A DNA stretch of 64,000 bases, taken from positions 73,844,001 to 73,908,000 of the forward strand of contig NC_045697.1 of NCBI RefSeq assembly GCF_009834535.1, given 5' to 3'. The stretch is from Camelus ferus (taxonomy: Eukaryota). Shown here piece by piece: positions 35,968 to 49,760 of this stretch. Under the pieces are notes generated by a model. The model did no database searches, was not told where the DNA came from, and saw nothing but the letters and a program-made list of their open reading frames with translations. Position numbers and translations under genes: made by a program. Every line of letters begins with the position of its first letter. Position 1 is the first letter of the stretch.

Positions 35968-37379
35968 CACTTATAATTTATCAGAGAAAGTACCACCCTT
36001 TAGGTTCCATAGTTTTGTATTAGATGGCTGTCAGCAGAGTAGGGGGTATCATGTTAACACCATGAAGATTTTATTGTGAAGACATGGAATGGTTGTTAAC
36101 GATAGCAGGCAAAATGAAAATAGTAAATGTGAACATTTTCTGGGACAAAACAGAACGTGAGTAAATAAAAGTATAAAATATAGTTGGATACCTGGCCACG
36201 TACTTGAAAATGTCTTAAGGAATGTCACTGGAAACCTTTGAGTTGCATAATCATCCATGTAAACTGAAAATGACCTAATGGAGTTTGAGCTCAGGAGGTC
36301 CTGGGGCTTCTCTCTTGTTCTTATTAGGACCCCTGACACTGTGCTTGGCACATGTTAGGTAACGAGTAAGTGTTTGGTGCGTGAGTAATGATTGGCATTG
36401 ACTCACTAACCGGGGAGGGGAGTTACAAAGATGCTGCTTATCGATAATCGAGTTAGACGCTTTGGAACATTTTACAATGTTTGGTGAGAAAACAGTGCCA
36501 TATGACTATGCTATACTAAGGTAAGAACTACTTCTGTTCTTACATAGACCATATGAATTTATATTTAGCCAATATAATCTCACCAGAATACATAAAACAC
36601 CAAACTTGTTTAGGGGATGGTTGAGAAAGCATGTGGTAAAAGAGGGTTTTAAGCTTTGAATGTACTAGAAAATGATCATATTCATAATTTTTAAAAATAT
36701 CCTAAACAATACTGTGAACAGTTTGAGTTGAATGTGCTTGTGTCTGAGAAAGGTCTTTGCGTATTTATGAGTTCACCTCATCACACAGAAGGGAACGCCT
36801 TGCTTTGGGAAGCACCCATACCCGTGCTCAGCACTGACACTGCTGAGCGGTATGTAATACCAGGAGGCAGAGCCATGATTTAGGATGTTGAGATGTCTTG
36901 GGCAAGATTTGAGTAAGTTTTTTATAATAAGAAATACATAGCTCCTGTGAAATCATCCCAACTCCTTGAGGCAAACTTAGCCCCTTTCTTTTCTGTGTCT
37001 CCAAAACATGTTGTGTATGATCTACTACAAAACTTGTCACACTGTTTCTTTAGGGTGTTTGAAGCATCTCTCTTCCTCAGAGATCAGACTCTTGAATCCT
37101 TAGTACATACCAGGCACTTAATAGATACTTGAATGAAGAGTGGGCTACTGCTACCTAAAAATAATAGCATTTAATATCAGGCATACAGTAGATGGAAAAA
37201 AAGTGTTCTGTTATTCAGAAAACTTTTCTAATGGAGGGATCTTTAGTTATCCCCCCCTTGTTTTTTTGTTTTTTTCCTTTGCAAAATTTAGGTAATGTAA
37301 GTGTTACATGTTTCTTGGAAGATTGAAAGGGTATGTCTGTGGGAACACTTGAGCTCTGGGTCTCATTGCAGAATAATAG

Positions 37380-39315
37380 TTTGAAAAGTTTAAAGGTTGT
37401 ATTCCAAAGGAATAAATTTATTAGGCTTTAAAGTTCCTTTGAGCTGATTCACTCTATCTGGGTTTTTCTAATTTACTGGTCTAAAGTATATGGCATTTTA
37501 TTATTTTTAAAAATATTCTTTATGTCTGTAGATATAGTACTTCTGTCTACACTAGTTTATATAGATTTTTTAATTGCCTTAGTGATTTTTCTATCCACTG
37601 TATTTTCTTTTCTACACTACAAGAATCTACACTTGAATTCATTTAAGCCTGTTACACAGGTTTTTGTTATTAACTAATTCTCTTATTGTCAGTTTTCCCT
37701 TTTTCCTTAAGTTTGTTTTGTTTTTCTAAATTTGGTTGAAATACTTATGTCTTTTATTTCTATTCTATTTTGTGTTCTCAGTAAAAGGATTTTTTAAGGC
37801 TCTAGTTATAATTCAGTTACAGCCCATGCATTTTGTGATGTACTGTATTCATTACCACTTTTTTCCAGAAAATTTTTAAAGTTTCAATTTCTTCTTGGAG
37901 CAAAAAGTTATTTAGAAAAAGAAACAAAAATCTCTTCAGTTTATCCTCTCCTTGACTAATGTTATTATTTGCAATATTAATTCCTGTTTTGTTTTGTTTT
38001 GTTTTTTCTTCCAATTCTGTTTTATATTTTGCTTGTGGAATCATGTTACTGGGCATTATTTTCCTTCACTCCTTAATTTCCATCTGTCTTCTAGTTTAAC
38101 CATTAATCTGCCTCAGAGAGTACCTGTGAAAACTTTCCTTGGCAGGACAAGGCATGTGAGGTCTAAGATTTATTTCTAGAACACTAAGCAAATCATATCT
38201 TTAAGCATGTTCTTCTACTGTTGAGTAATATGTTTATTTATTTATTTAAGTTGAAGTATATTTTTCAAGGGTACTGTTCTGCTCTGTTCCCCTAATACAT
38301 CCTTAAAGGAGGACTGATGATTCACCTAGCACCGCAGAAGTGTGTGAGAGCATCTTCTCAGACTGCCCAAAACGTTCTTTTACTGGGACATTTAGAACAT
38401 TATTGCTTTAAAACTTTTTTCTAATTGTTGAAAATACTGCTTAAGAGGTCAGCTCCCTCCCTCCTACCCCTTTCTGTATCTGTCTTTCAAATTGTCGTGG
38501 ACTCTGGTCCAGGTTCATAATCTGGGTTTGTCCGATTTTCATTTTTGGTGCTTGGAGAAGAGCTCTGTCCCTCTGGGGCCTTCCTCCCCCAGTGAGCCCA
38601 ACCTGTTTGGGAAACTGAGCACTCCTGCCAAGGCGAGCCCACTCAGAGTGAGAGGCCAGGTGAGAGAAGGGTCCTGCCACACACAGCTGTTCTGTCTGGT
38701 GAGCTTGGACCCGTTTCCTTTCCCCGGCACCGCTGCCTTTGGCTGCTTCGTGTTTAAGTAAGACATACCTGTTTCTCCAAAGCCTCCCGCACCTTCGGCC
38801 CTTGCTGTGTATGAGGAGGGAGACTGGTTGGGAAGAAGCGTCCCTGTGTCAGAGTGAGTCCGCCCGCAAGAGCAGTGAGCTTGGGGAGCAGTACCGCAGC
38901 GCTGCTGCGCTTCTGGTTGTGTTTCCCGTTCCCTCAGCTGTGGCGCCGGGGCAGGGCTTCAGCTGCAGGGCCTCCCTCTGTCCTGTCAGCCCTGTGTGCC
39001 CCAACCTGCGCCCTCCAGTGAGGGGCTGTTGGGGCAGTCGGCCAGGGTTGTCTTTATTTTCTACAGGCCACAGCTGGTTCAGGAGGAAGGGCTGTGATTA
39101 GACTCTTAGAGATGTCCTTTAGTGTGGGTTCATCTGCATTTTATCCAGAAATTCCTCAAACCTTCTGCCTCTCAGCTGTCACTATACCATATAGTATTTT
39201 AGTGCTGATGCAGGACATTTTGCAAGTTTTGTTTTTCTCTTATTATTTAAATCATTTAATGGGAAGAGGGCTTAGATGTCTGCTCTTATGTTACCATTTT
39301 TCTCTACAAGTCCTC
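37380..39315 (-). mobile_element. Ancient L1/HAL1-like element, antisense, with its 5' end near 39310
   Basis: T-rich degenerate body, then a GC-rich 5'UTR-like segment, ending 'gggaagagggcttagatgtctgctcttatgttaccattttt...aagtcc', which resembles old L1ME/HAL1 5' termini read antisense. Confidence 0.45.
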
Positions 39316-42194
39316 CGCCTAATTTTGTTCACGAGCATGATGAAAATTAGCTCCTTAAATGAGTTTAATATTGGATGCTGCTTTCAAGGAAATTCAAAAT
39401 AGAAAGCAAGCTTTCAAGAAAAGAGAATAAATTATCAGCCAGTCTCACAAGGATAAAAATAAGCCAAATCTTTTGGAGTAATTTTTTTTTTTAACATTTC
39501 CAATTCAAGTTGAACTCTTCACATGAAACTGAAGAGCTAAAATCTTTAACAGATAAGGATCCTACGTGCTAATTTATGAGAATCTATAAGCTCACTGCAA
39601 ATTTTAAATAAACTTTGCTAGGAAAAGGGGACCAGTTGCTTTCTTAGGATTCTCAACAGGATCTCAAAGCTCAGGAACTAAAGCTGTAAGTGTATAAGAA
39701 AATGAGGGCAAAAATTCACCATCTTAAGAGTTTCTGGTTTGCAGTTTTACTACAGAAAAGGAGAGTGAAGAGCTGAAACTGGAGTGCAGAAAACTGGATT
39801 TGCTACCATTTGAAGTGTATCCAGAATCACCAGCAGACTTTAAACAAGATGCTGTATTGCGTGGTTCTTTGGTGTGCTGGGGAGGGAGGAGGAGGGAGTT
39901 TGAAAGGACAAGTGGAGAGCACCAACTGAAGTTTGTTTCGGCCTTGATGTTTCAGTTTCAGAATCTTGTCAGGGAGCGTTGAGGGGACTGAGGTGATTGG
40001 TCATGATGGCGGTTCTGCGCTTCGATGGTTTTTGAGGGGGAAAGAGCCCAGCTCTCTCTTCCTGCATGGAAGGTGCTATCAGTACTGGCGTCACAAAGCT
40101 AGGCACTGGCAGTCAGTACAGCTCATTCTTCTAATGTATCAGAATATTTTCATATGCTTCTTTGTTTTGGTGGGAACTGGTAAAACAATTTTCTGCAAAA
40201 ACTGAACAAGTTGTTCAATTTGTGAACAATCCAACTGGCCAGCACTGAGCAGGGCTCCCCAGTTTCTTCCTCTGAATTACATTTTGAGTCCTTAGAGGCA
40301 TCAGTTTCCCAAATTGGGAAACTCTGGTTTTCTCTTTTTTTTTAATCATCTAATTATTTTCCTTGTCGTTGAGTATGAGGGACACAGAGGGATTTGATTG
40401 ATTTGTATGTGCAACAAGTTAAAAATCTAATTAGGGTATCTCTTTTTTTGTTTTTGTTTTTTTTAAACTACTTAACCCTTTTATATTTCCTGAATCTTTT
40501 CTAATCATGGAAAAGTTGCTGAGCAAGCCCAACTTTGTTTACTAGCTTATAAGATAAAGAAGAGTAAAATGGGAGTGTGTAAAGGCACAATGGTGAGCAG
40601 ATAGTGTTTCCAACTAATCTCAATGTTCGGGATTCATTTAGCATTAATTCTATTCTTTGGTGTCTTCCTGTTTTTCTGACATAGTGACCTGCCATAACAA
40701 AGAGGAAACAGCAGGAAACTTGGTACCAATTAAAACCAGTCTCCTTCCACCGAAGAACTGAACTGTCAGCAAATGTAATCTCAAATTCAAATAGTGATAA
40801 GTGTTTTAGATGAAACAGGAATAAAAGGACAAAACTATTACATTTCAGCATCTGCTGGAAAACAATTAAAATGCATGCCAGTTTAATTAAGTTTGGTATT
40901 TAATATGTTACAACTTGCACAGCAGAAATACAAATAGATGCCTAATGCATAGTGTGTATGTTTGGGTGGAGACCGCTTTCAGCAAAATTGAATACACTGG
41001 GATGGAAGTCTACATGAATATTGTGTATACATTCACTTTCATCCCAGCTGTGAGTTATTTAACTGGGATGATTCAGTTTGTACCCATATAACTCCAAATT
41101 AATCTGAGTAGCAGTATTTGAAGTTTGAATTTGTTCTAGGATGAGTCAGGTGTAGTAATAGGTTTCTGTATCAAAACAAGTCTTCAGCCTTATTTGGGAG
41201 GAAATTTGAAATATCTGTTCTTCGCATAACTGAGATGCTTTGTCCTTGGATCTTTACATTAAGTGGTCAGCTGAATTGATTTTTAAGGTTAGAGGTCTAA
41301 ATACTTTGTGCCCTTTGATACAGTTTCATGGCTAACATAGTGTGCTTCCAAGAACTTTCTTTTAGCTACAACAGTATACACGCCAGGTCAGTTTGTCACA
41401 ATGGGAATAGAACAGAAATCTGACAGCAGATTTCTCATTTTTTTTGTTTCTTAATGGAATTAAATATATGATTTTATTTTTCTGCAGTGAAGATATTTTA
41501 TTATTAAAGATTCAGAAATCTTAAACTTGTAGCTACGAAATAACTAGTTTAAACAGATGCAAAAAACTAAAGAGTTTAGTTCTACTCATCTGGGAATACC
41601 AGAATGCTGAGATTTTCCCTATAGATATTTTACTGACATTTCAGGTTTATTTGTTTATCATAGAGCCCATCAAGAATAATCATATCTATTCTGTTTTCAT
41701 TCAATGAATAGGCAATTTTTGAGTGCCTGCTACATGCCTGTGTAGGCTTTCAGATAGGGAGGGGAGAGATAAGACATGGAATTTGCCCCTAAGGAGTCAG
41801 AAATAACTAAGTCAAAAAAGGACAAACTTTGTTTGTGATAATCAGGTGAGCCACCAAGAGAATTTAGGGCTCTAAACCCCTGTGTGAGGTCCTTGTTCTT
41901 TTAACCAATGTGCTAAAAAGTAAGCAAGTCATTTACATTGGAGTCCCAGTAGTTTGTTGAGGTTTTTGGTTTTTTTTTTCGTCCCCGCATGTTGGGACCT
42001 GTGTTGAAAATAAACATGTATGGGAAGAGACTTTAAATTTGTTTTTCCTCAGTTGCTAATTCAGTAACTAGGTGGTGTGTGTTCTAGTATTTAATGCACT
42101 TAGTCACTAAAATAAATTTCTATGTTAAAAGGCCTAATTGCTAAACACAAACCTTAAGATTCCTATAAACCAGCAGGAGAGAGAGTATGTGTAT

Positions 42195-44640
42195 ATAATC
42201 ATTCATTCATTCAACAAATACTGAATGTCTACTTTCTGCCAGGTACTGAGTTAATTATTATGGTTGAATATGAAACCAGTAGACAACTGTTACTCTGTAA
42301 GAAGCTTAAGCCTGGTGGAGGCTGCAGATAAGGAAACAGGCAGGTACAGTACAGCGTGTTAAGTGAGGAAAAACATGAAGTGTTCTTGGAACACCCCGGA
42401 GAGCATCTAACACCCTCTTGGAAATTCACTCAGTTTCCTAGAGGAAGCACTCTTTACACTAAGACCTGAACAGAATAAATAAGAGTTAATTTGTTCAAAA
42501 TGGGAACGGTGAAGGGGAAGATTTGTTACAGTGAGAAGGACACTGCCACCCCCTTGGGAAGGCACAGAGGCAAGAGAGAATCTGTGTGTTGAAGGAACTG
42601 AAAATTACAAATGTGTCAACAGGAGGCTCCAGCAAATGAGCGTGAGAGAAATCAAGACTAGACCCTGATAGCTTTAGGGTCATATTAAGGGGATTAAGGG
42701 GTTGGAAGGATCTAATAAAGGATGAGAAGTCTGTAGAGAAGCCATGGTGTTCAGCACTGGGCTTTAGTATAGAGAACGGGGGAAGACGAAGACTAGAGGC
42801 AAGAATGGACTGTTGCGGTAATCCAGGAATCAGACAGTGACAGTAAGAACCATGATAGTAAGAAAGAGGATGTGGCTAATTTATGGATTCCAGAGACAAT
42901 GAAAAGGTAGAACTAATAAATACTTGGTATTTAATGGGGGTGCTTGTAAGAGGAAAGAAAGAATTAAATAAACATTTAAGGTTTCTTCTTAAGTAACTGG
43001 GCAGATGATATTACCACTGTGACAGGGAACTTGCACGAGAGTACAAATTTGAAGCAAAAGACAGTGAATTCAGTTTTGTGTACTCAGATGACTAGGAGAT
43101 TAATTGCAAATTCAACTTGGCAGCTCTGATGAGGACTAGAAGTAGAGATCTGAGGTTGATCTGCAAATTGTGTTCATGGGAGCTAATCATCCAGCAAATG
43201 GTTATCTCACTACCTTTCTGGCCATCTCTTGGGTCACCTTGCTGGCTTTTCTTTCTCTCTGGGATCTCTTAAATTCTAGAGATTTCTCAGCCCCAATCTT
43301 AGGCCATGTTCTCTTACTGTGCTCTCTCTGAAGATCATCTCATGGAGCCCTATGGCTTTAAATACCATTGAGAGGCTGACAGCTTTGCCCTCTTAACTGA
43401 GTTCTTGACTTTTAAACCCAACTGCCTGCCTAATGTACCCATTTGAATGATAATATGCACTTCAAATGTACTTCTTCAAGACTGAACCCATAATTTCCCC
43501 ATCAGTCTTGTTACTCCCGTTCATCTCTGTCTCGGTAAATGGCACCATCATCAACCTTGAGGCCCAGGATAAAACTAGGCATATCCTGCTTTCTTCCCTT
43601 TCATTCACCTCTCACACCCAATTCATTAACCAAGTTGTTTTGTTTCTGCCTCCAGAATGCATACCGAATCCATTCACTTCTCTGTGTTTCCACTGCTCTC
43701 CCCCTACTTCAGGAGATCACATTCTTTCTCTTGGATTACAGCAGTCTCCCAGCTTGATGCATCTACTCTCAATGCCTTCAGTTAATTCTCCATAAACTAC
43801 CAGAGTGATCTGTAAAAGTCCACATCAGAGTATGCAAGTATTCTTTATGTAACACTCAATGGCTTCTCATTGGATTTCAGTAGTGATCTAAGTGCCTCAC
43901 CCCTCCCTGGCCTTTACATGCCTCTAACCTCATCTTAAAACTGCTCTCCCTCTCTCTTGCTTACTGAGAACTAACCAGACCAGTTCCTCTGTTTCTCAGA
44001 TAGGCCAAGCTCATTTACGCTTCAGTGCCTGTGTACTTTCTGTTCCATCTGACTGGGACATTCTTCCGCCAACTTTTCCTGCCACTGGCTTTTTCATTCA
44101 GCTCAGATAGAGGTTGGCAACTCAAAGTCTTTCCCTAACTTCTCTATTAAATAATTCCCTTTTAGCCCCTCTCTGTCCTAACATTCAGATTTATTTCCTT
44201 CAGAACACTTAGGAATCTGCAATTTTCTTATTTGTTTACTTGTTTGTCTAAATAAACTTCATTAATGAGGGAATCTAGACTCTCTTGTTCATCCCACATC
44301 TCTAGAACTCAGCAATACCTTGAATATAGCTACCTGTTAAATAGAATGAGTAAATAGATGAATGAATGTTGAAGAAGTTCTAGACTAGAACCCCGAGGAC
44401 ACTGGCATCAAAGGAATAAGCAGAGGAAGAGGTGCTTGATAGGACAGTGAGGAGGAGCAATGAGAGACAGAAGACAACTAAGGCAAGATGTCACTAAAGT
44501 GAGAGTGTCCTAATACAGGTCTAAAGGGAAAGAGCGTTTGGAAGAGGGCAGCTCTTCTGGCTGAAAGGGAACAGGAAAAGCTGTATGGAGGAAGTGAATT
44601 TTTATTGAACCTTGGAAGATAGGTAGGGAAATCCTGTAAG
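42195..44640 (-). mobile_element. LINE-2 (antisense) split by an opposite-strand L2
   Basis: Starts 'cattcattcattcaacaaatactgaatgtctactttctgccaggtactg', runs to about 43170, and resumes at about 44380 'tagactagaaccccgaggacactggcatcaaaggaataagcagaggaagag'. Confidence 0.8.
43190..44372 (+). mobile_element. LINE-2 (sense), nested
   Basis: 'ctctgtctcggtaaatggcaccatcatc...ttctgcctccagaatgcataccgaatccattcacttct', ending 'gaatgagtaaatagatgaatgaatg'. Confidence 0.85.
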
Positions 44641-44719
44641 AAGGAGAGAATGGAAGCACAAAGGTGTAGAAGCAGAATATGCATGCCTGGGTGGGGAACA
44701 GAGAGTCATTTCATTTGTC

Positions 44720-44875
44720 TTTCATATGCCTTACTTAATACTCAGTAACCCCTTCAGTGTTGGTGTTGTCACTAGATTAAAAAAACTCCACCAGCATCAC
44801 ACAGTAAGTGGAAGAAGGAAGATTTTAAAATTTAAGTACATGTAGATCTATCTGACTGCAAAGCCTACTTTTTAA
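44720..44875 (-). mobile_element. MIR SINE fragment
   Basis: 'catcacacagtaagtggaagaaggaagatttt...gatctatctgactgcaaagcct'. Confidence 0.55.
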
Positions 44876-45454
44876 CTCCAACTTAAGTCATTGAGATTCT
44901 CTACAGATACGTCATGTCTACCCTGAAAATGACTGTATGCCACTGATGGAATGAGGTATAAAAAGTAGGTGGCAGTGGAGACAGATACTCCTACCTTTGA
45001 CTATTCCCATCTTGGCCTCAAGAGAAATTGAGCTGAGGATACAATTAAGTACTCTCATTTCAGCACTTTCTCTGTCTCAAAAATATGAGAAGTTTTGAAA
45101 GTTTCAAACTATGCAGTGTCTGTCTTGTCAGATGGTTGACAAGTCCAGTTTACTCATAATTATAATGAAGAGCACCTCTTCTTTATCTTCTTACTGTTCT
45201 GCTTTGCAAAATGACCTGTACAGATCACTCAATGCCCTTTTTGGATTGAGAGGAACAGCAGACTTTCAAAAGGTTATATTTAATCGCAAAAACACTATTA
45301 AATGAATGTTTATGATAGTTTCAAGTGTTGAATTATTTTTCTTATGTATTCAAAATCAGTTATTTATAAAGATTGGCAACTTGGAATTTTATGGTAGGCT
45401 GTTTGCCTATATGCTTGTATTTGTAGGTGTACACACACACACACACCCACCTGT

Positions 45455-48400
45455 ATTTTTTTATTTTTCCAGTTTTAACATATAATTGACATACAACATT
45501 GCATAAATTTAAGGTGCACGATGTAGTGATTTGATAAATTTATTGCAAAATGATCACCACCATAATTTCAGTTAATATCCATCACCCAACATAGCTACAA
45601 ATATTTTTATCTTGTGCTGAGAACTTTTTCTACTCTCTTAGCAACTTTCAAATATACAATACAGTATTATTAACCATGATCACCATGCTGTATATTACAT
45701 CCCTGTGACTTACTCATTTTATAACTGTAAGTTTGTACCTTTTGATCACCTTCACCCATTTTGCCACCTCCACCCCTGCCTCTGGTAACCACCAATTTAT
45801 TCTGTTTGTATGAGTTAGAGTTTGTTTTTGTTTGTTTGTTTGTTTGTATAGATTATATATAAATAAGATCATATGGCATTTGTCTTTCTCTGACTTACTT
45901 CACTTAGTATAATACCCTCAAGTTTCCACCCATGTTGTTGCAAATAGCAGGATTTCCTTCTTTTATATGGTTGAGTAATATTCATATATATGTCTCACAC
46001 TTTCTGTATCCATTTATCCATTAATGAACACTTAGGTTGCTTCTGTCTCTTGGCTGTTGGAAATATGCTGCTATGAACATGGCAGGGCAGATATCTCTTC
46101 AACACAGTGCTTTTATTTCCTTCAGATATAAACCCAGAAGTGGAATTTCTAGAACAGATGGTAGTTCTATTTTTAATTCTTTGAGGATATTCCATTATAT
46201 TTTCCATAGTTGTTGCACCAATTTACAATCCCAGCAACAGTGTGTAAGTGTTCGCTTTTATCCACATCGTCACCACAATGTGCAACCTCTTGTCTTGTGA
46301 TGATAGCTACTCTGAAAGCTGTGAGGTGATAGCACATTGTGGTCTTAATTTCCATTTCCCTAATGATTAGTGATATTGAGCACCTCTTGATGTACCCATT
46401 GGCCATTCATATATATATCTTCTTTGGAAAAAAGTCTGTTCGGGTCCTTTGCCCATTTTGAAATTGGATTATTTGAGGTTTTTGCTACAGAGTTGTATAA
46501 ATTCGTTATATACTTTGGATATTAACCTGTTATCACATATTTGATTTGCAAATTTTTTTTCCATTATAGGCTGTCTTTACATTTTGCTGATTGTTTCTTT
46601 TGCTGTGCAGAAATGTTTTAGTTTGATGCAGTCCCACTTGTTCATTTTTTATTTTGTTGCTTGTGCTTTAGGTGTCATATCCAAAAAATCATTGCTAAGA
46701 CCTCTGCAAGGGGCTTTTTTCCAGTGTTTTCTTCTAGGAGTTTTATGGTTTCAGGTCTTATGTTTAAGACTTTAGTCCATTTTGAGTTACTTCTTGTGAA
46801 TGGTGTAGGGTTAGGAATCCAGTTTTCTTCTTTTGCATGTGAATATTCAGTTTTCCCAGAAGCATTTATTGAAGAGACTTGTCTTTTCTCCGTTGAGTAT
46901 CCTTGGCTCCCTTGTCATATATTAGTTGATTGTATGTGTCAGTTTATTTCTGGGCTCTTGATTGTTCCCTTGGTATGTATGTCTGTTTTCTTGCCAGTAC
47001 CATACTGTTAGGATTACTATAGCTTTATAATATTGCTTGAAATCAGGAAGTGTGATGCCTCCCATTTTGTACTTTTTCTCACAATTGCTTTGGGTATTTG
47101 GGGTCTTTTGTGGTTCCATATAAATTTTAGAATTTTTTTGCTTCTGTAAAAAAAAAATGTTATTGGAATTTTGATAGGGATTGCACTGGATCTGTAGATG
47201 GCTTTGGGGAAATGGGCATTTTAACAGTATTAATTCTTCTAATCTATAAACATGGGATACCTTTCCATTTATTTATGTCTTCTTCAGTTTCTTTCATCAA
47301 TGTTTTAAAGTTTTTCAGCATAGTAATCTTCCATCTCCTTGGTTAAATTTACTCCTAAGTATTGTATTGTTTTTGATTCTATTGTAAATGGATCATGTTC
47401 TTTATTTCTTTTTCAGCTACTTCATTGTTAGTGCATAGAAACACTACTGATTTTTGTATGTTAATTTTATATCCTGCAACTTCTCTGAAGTTGTTGATTA
47501 GGTCTGCCTTTTTGTTTTGTTTTTTTTGGCAGGGGGTGGATAGAATCGTTAAGATTTTCTCTATATTAAATCATGTTATCTTCAAATAGAGAGAGTTTTA
47601 CTTCTTCCTTTCTGGTTCTGATGCCTTCTATTTCTTTTTCTTGCCCAGTTGCCCTGGCTAGGACTTCCAGTACTATGTTAAATATGGGTGGTGACAGTAG
47701 GCACCCTTGTCTTGTTCCTGACCATAGAGGAAATGTTTTCAATCTTTCACCATTGAGTGTAATATTACCTGTAGGCTTGTCATATATGGTCTTATGTTGA
47801 GGAACATTCACTCTAGTTTTTTTTTTTTTTTTTTTTTTTCAGTCATGAATGTTGAATTTTATCAAATGCTGTTTCTGCATCTGTTGGGATGATAATACGA
47901 TTTTTATTTTTCATTCAGTTAATGTGATGTGTCACATTTATTAAACCATCCTTGCATTTCAAGGATGAGTGAGTCCCACTTGATCATGGTGTATGATCCT
48001 TTTAATGTGCTCTTGAATTTGGTTTCCTAGTATTTCGTTGAGTTTTTGCATCTATATTCATCAGGGATATTGGCCTATAGTTTTCTTTTCTTATATCCTT
48101 ATCTGACTTTGGAATCAGGATAATGCTGGCCTCATTTGGGAGTGTTCCACCTCTTCTATTCTCTGGAAAAGTTTGAGAAGAGTTGATGTTAATTTTTATT
48201 TAACTGTTTATTAAAATGCACCAGTGAAACCAGCCATCTGATCCTGGGCTTTTCTTTACTGGGAGGTTTTTGATTGTTGATTCAATTTCTTACTCATTAC
48301 TGGTCTTCAGATTTTCTATTTCTTCATGATTCAATCTTGGTAGTTTGGTCCTTTCTGAGAATAATCCATTTATTCTAGGGTGTCTAAGTTTGGTGTATAG

Positions 48401-48780
48401 TTGTTCATAGTAATTTCTTATGTTCCTTTGTATTTCTGTGTTATCAATTATAATGTTGTCACTTTTATTTTTATTTATTTGAGCCCTCTTTTTTCTTTTG
48501 GTTAGTCTAGCTAAAAGTTTGTCAGTTTTGTTTATCTTTTCAAAGAACCAACTCTCAAGTTTTATAAATCTTTTCTATTGTTATCCAGTTATCTAATTTA
48601 TTTCTACTGATCTTATTTCCTTCCTTCTGCTTTTTATTTGGGGGGGGGTAGTTAATTAGATTTATTTATTTTTAATGGAGGTACTGGGGATTAAACCCAG
48701 GACTTCATGCATGCTAGGCATGCACTCTACCACTGAGCTATACCTTCCCCACCTCTTCTTTTTGCTTTGAGTTTAGTTTA
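45455..48780 (-). mobile_element. LINE-1 (L1MA9-like), about 3.3 kb, 5'-truncated with decayed ORF2
   Basis: Minus-strand ORF2 remnants: 47566-47811 '[44 protein letters not shown]' (RT domain), 46922-47119 '[23 protein letters not shown]' and 46173-46406 'SLIIREMEIKTTMCYHLT'. The 3'UTR and poly-T lie at about 45455. Many stops and frameshifts. Confidence 0.95.
48631..48752 (-). mobile_element. Vic-1-type SINE inserted in the L1
   Basis: 'tttaatggaggtactggggattaaacccaggacttcatgcatgctaggcatgcactctaccactgagctataccttcccc'. Confidence 0.92.
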
Positions 48781-49489
48781 CACACCTATATTTTAAACTA
48801 GAGTAAAATAATTCATTTATGTACGCTAAATCAAAGATGCACAAAATTTTGGAAAATGAAATTGTGAAGACTGTCTGTATTTTCTAGTGCTGTTCTTTCC
48901 AGCTTAAACACATTAAAAATTGAGTTCATGTTATTAGTCTCAATTTTCTAACTTTCCATTATTTAAAAAAAAAAAAAGCATTCATTCTTCACCCCACCAT
49001 TTCCCACCAAAAGAGTCCATTGGAAGTTTAACATTACAAATGGATCTGTGTCTCTGTTTTCTTTTTAACTACATCAAGTCTGAGTTTAAGTCTTGACTCA
49101 GCTCCTCAACCCTTCTTCTAGCATGGAAATATACAATTACAGTATGAAATAGCCTACAGTGGCAATTTTTAGGAGTAGAACTCAATTTGTATGCTCAAAT
49201 TTGACAGCACACTTACTTGGTTATTATAAGGGTATAAATGTAGAACTCAGGAAGATTCTCAGCTTTTCAAATATATTCAGAAAAAGTAAGTCTTAGAAGA
49301 AGCATACTAAATTTTTTTAGCTAGTTTTAATCAAGCTGAGTGATTATGCATCAAAGCTTGTAGTAATAATCACAAAGAGCCTTACTTAAAATGACACCTT
49401 AACTACTGTCACTTCTGTATCCTTCTGACTTTAAGGTTTTATGTATACCTTTGCTTGACCAACTAGATTTCTTGTTATTTTACGGTTTC

Positions 49490-49760
49490 TGTAAATTTTC
49501 TCAAGCATTCACCTAGAATGCTCTTCTTTCACTGCAACTGAAGAAATTCTAAAAATTTTTAAGGGCCTCTATCAAAATCATCTCCATTTGGATATATGTT
49601 CCATAGTTTCCTGTTTGTATGAGCTGGATGGCATTATCTTCTTATAACTCTGTGCCCTCTAGATTAAGCTCCCTGAGTGCACTACAGCCAGTCATCATTG
49701 TGTTTCTCGTGGCACCTACCACAGTCCTTAGCTCACAGGCTCAATAAATGATGAAATTGG
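49490..49760 (+). mobile_element. LINE-2 3' fragment
   Basis: 'cacctagaatgctcttct...tctagattaagctccctgag...gcacctaccacagtccttagctcacaggctcaataaatg'. Confidence 0.65.
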
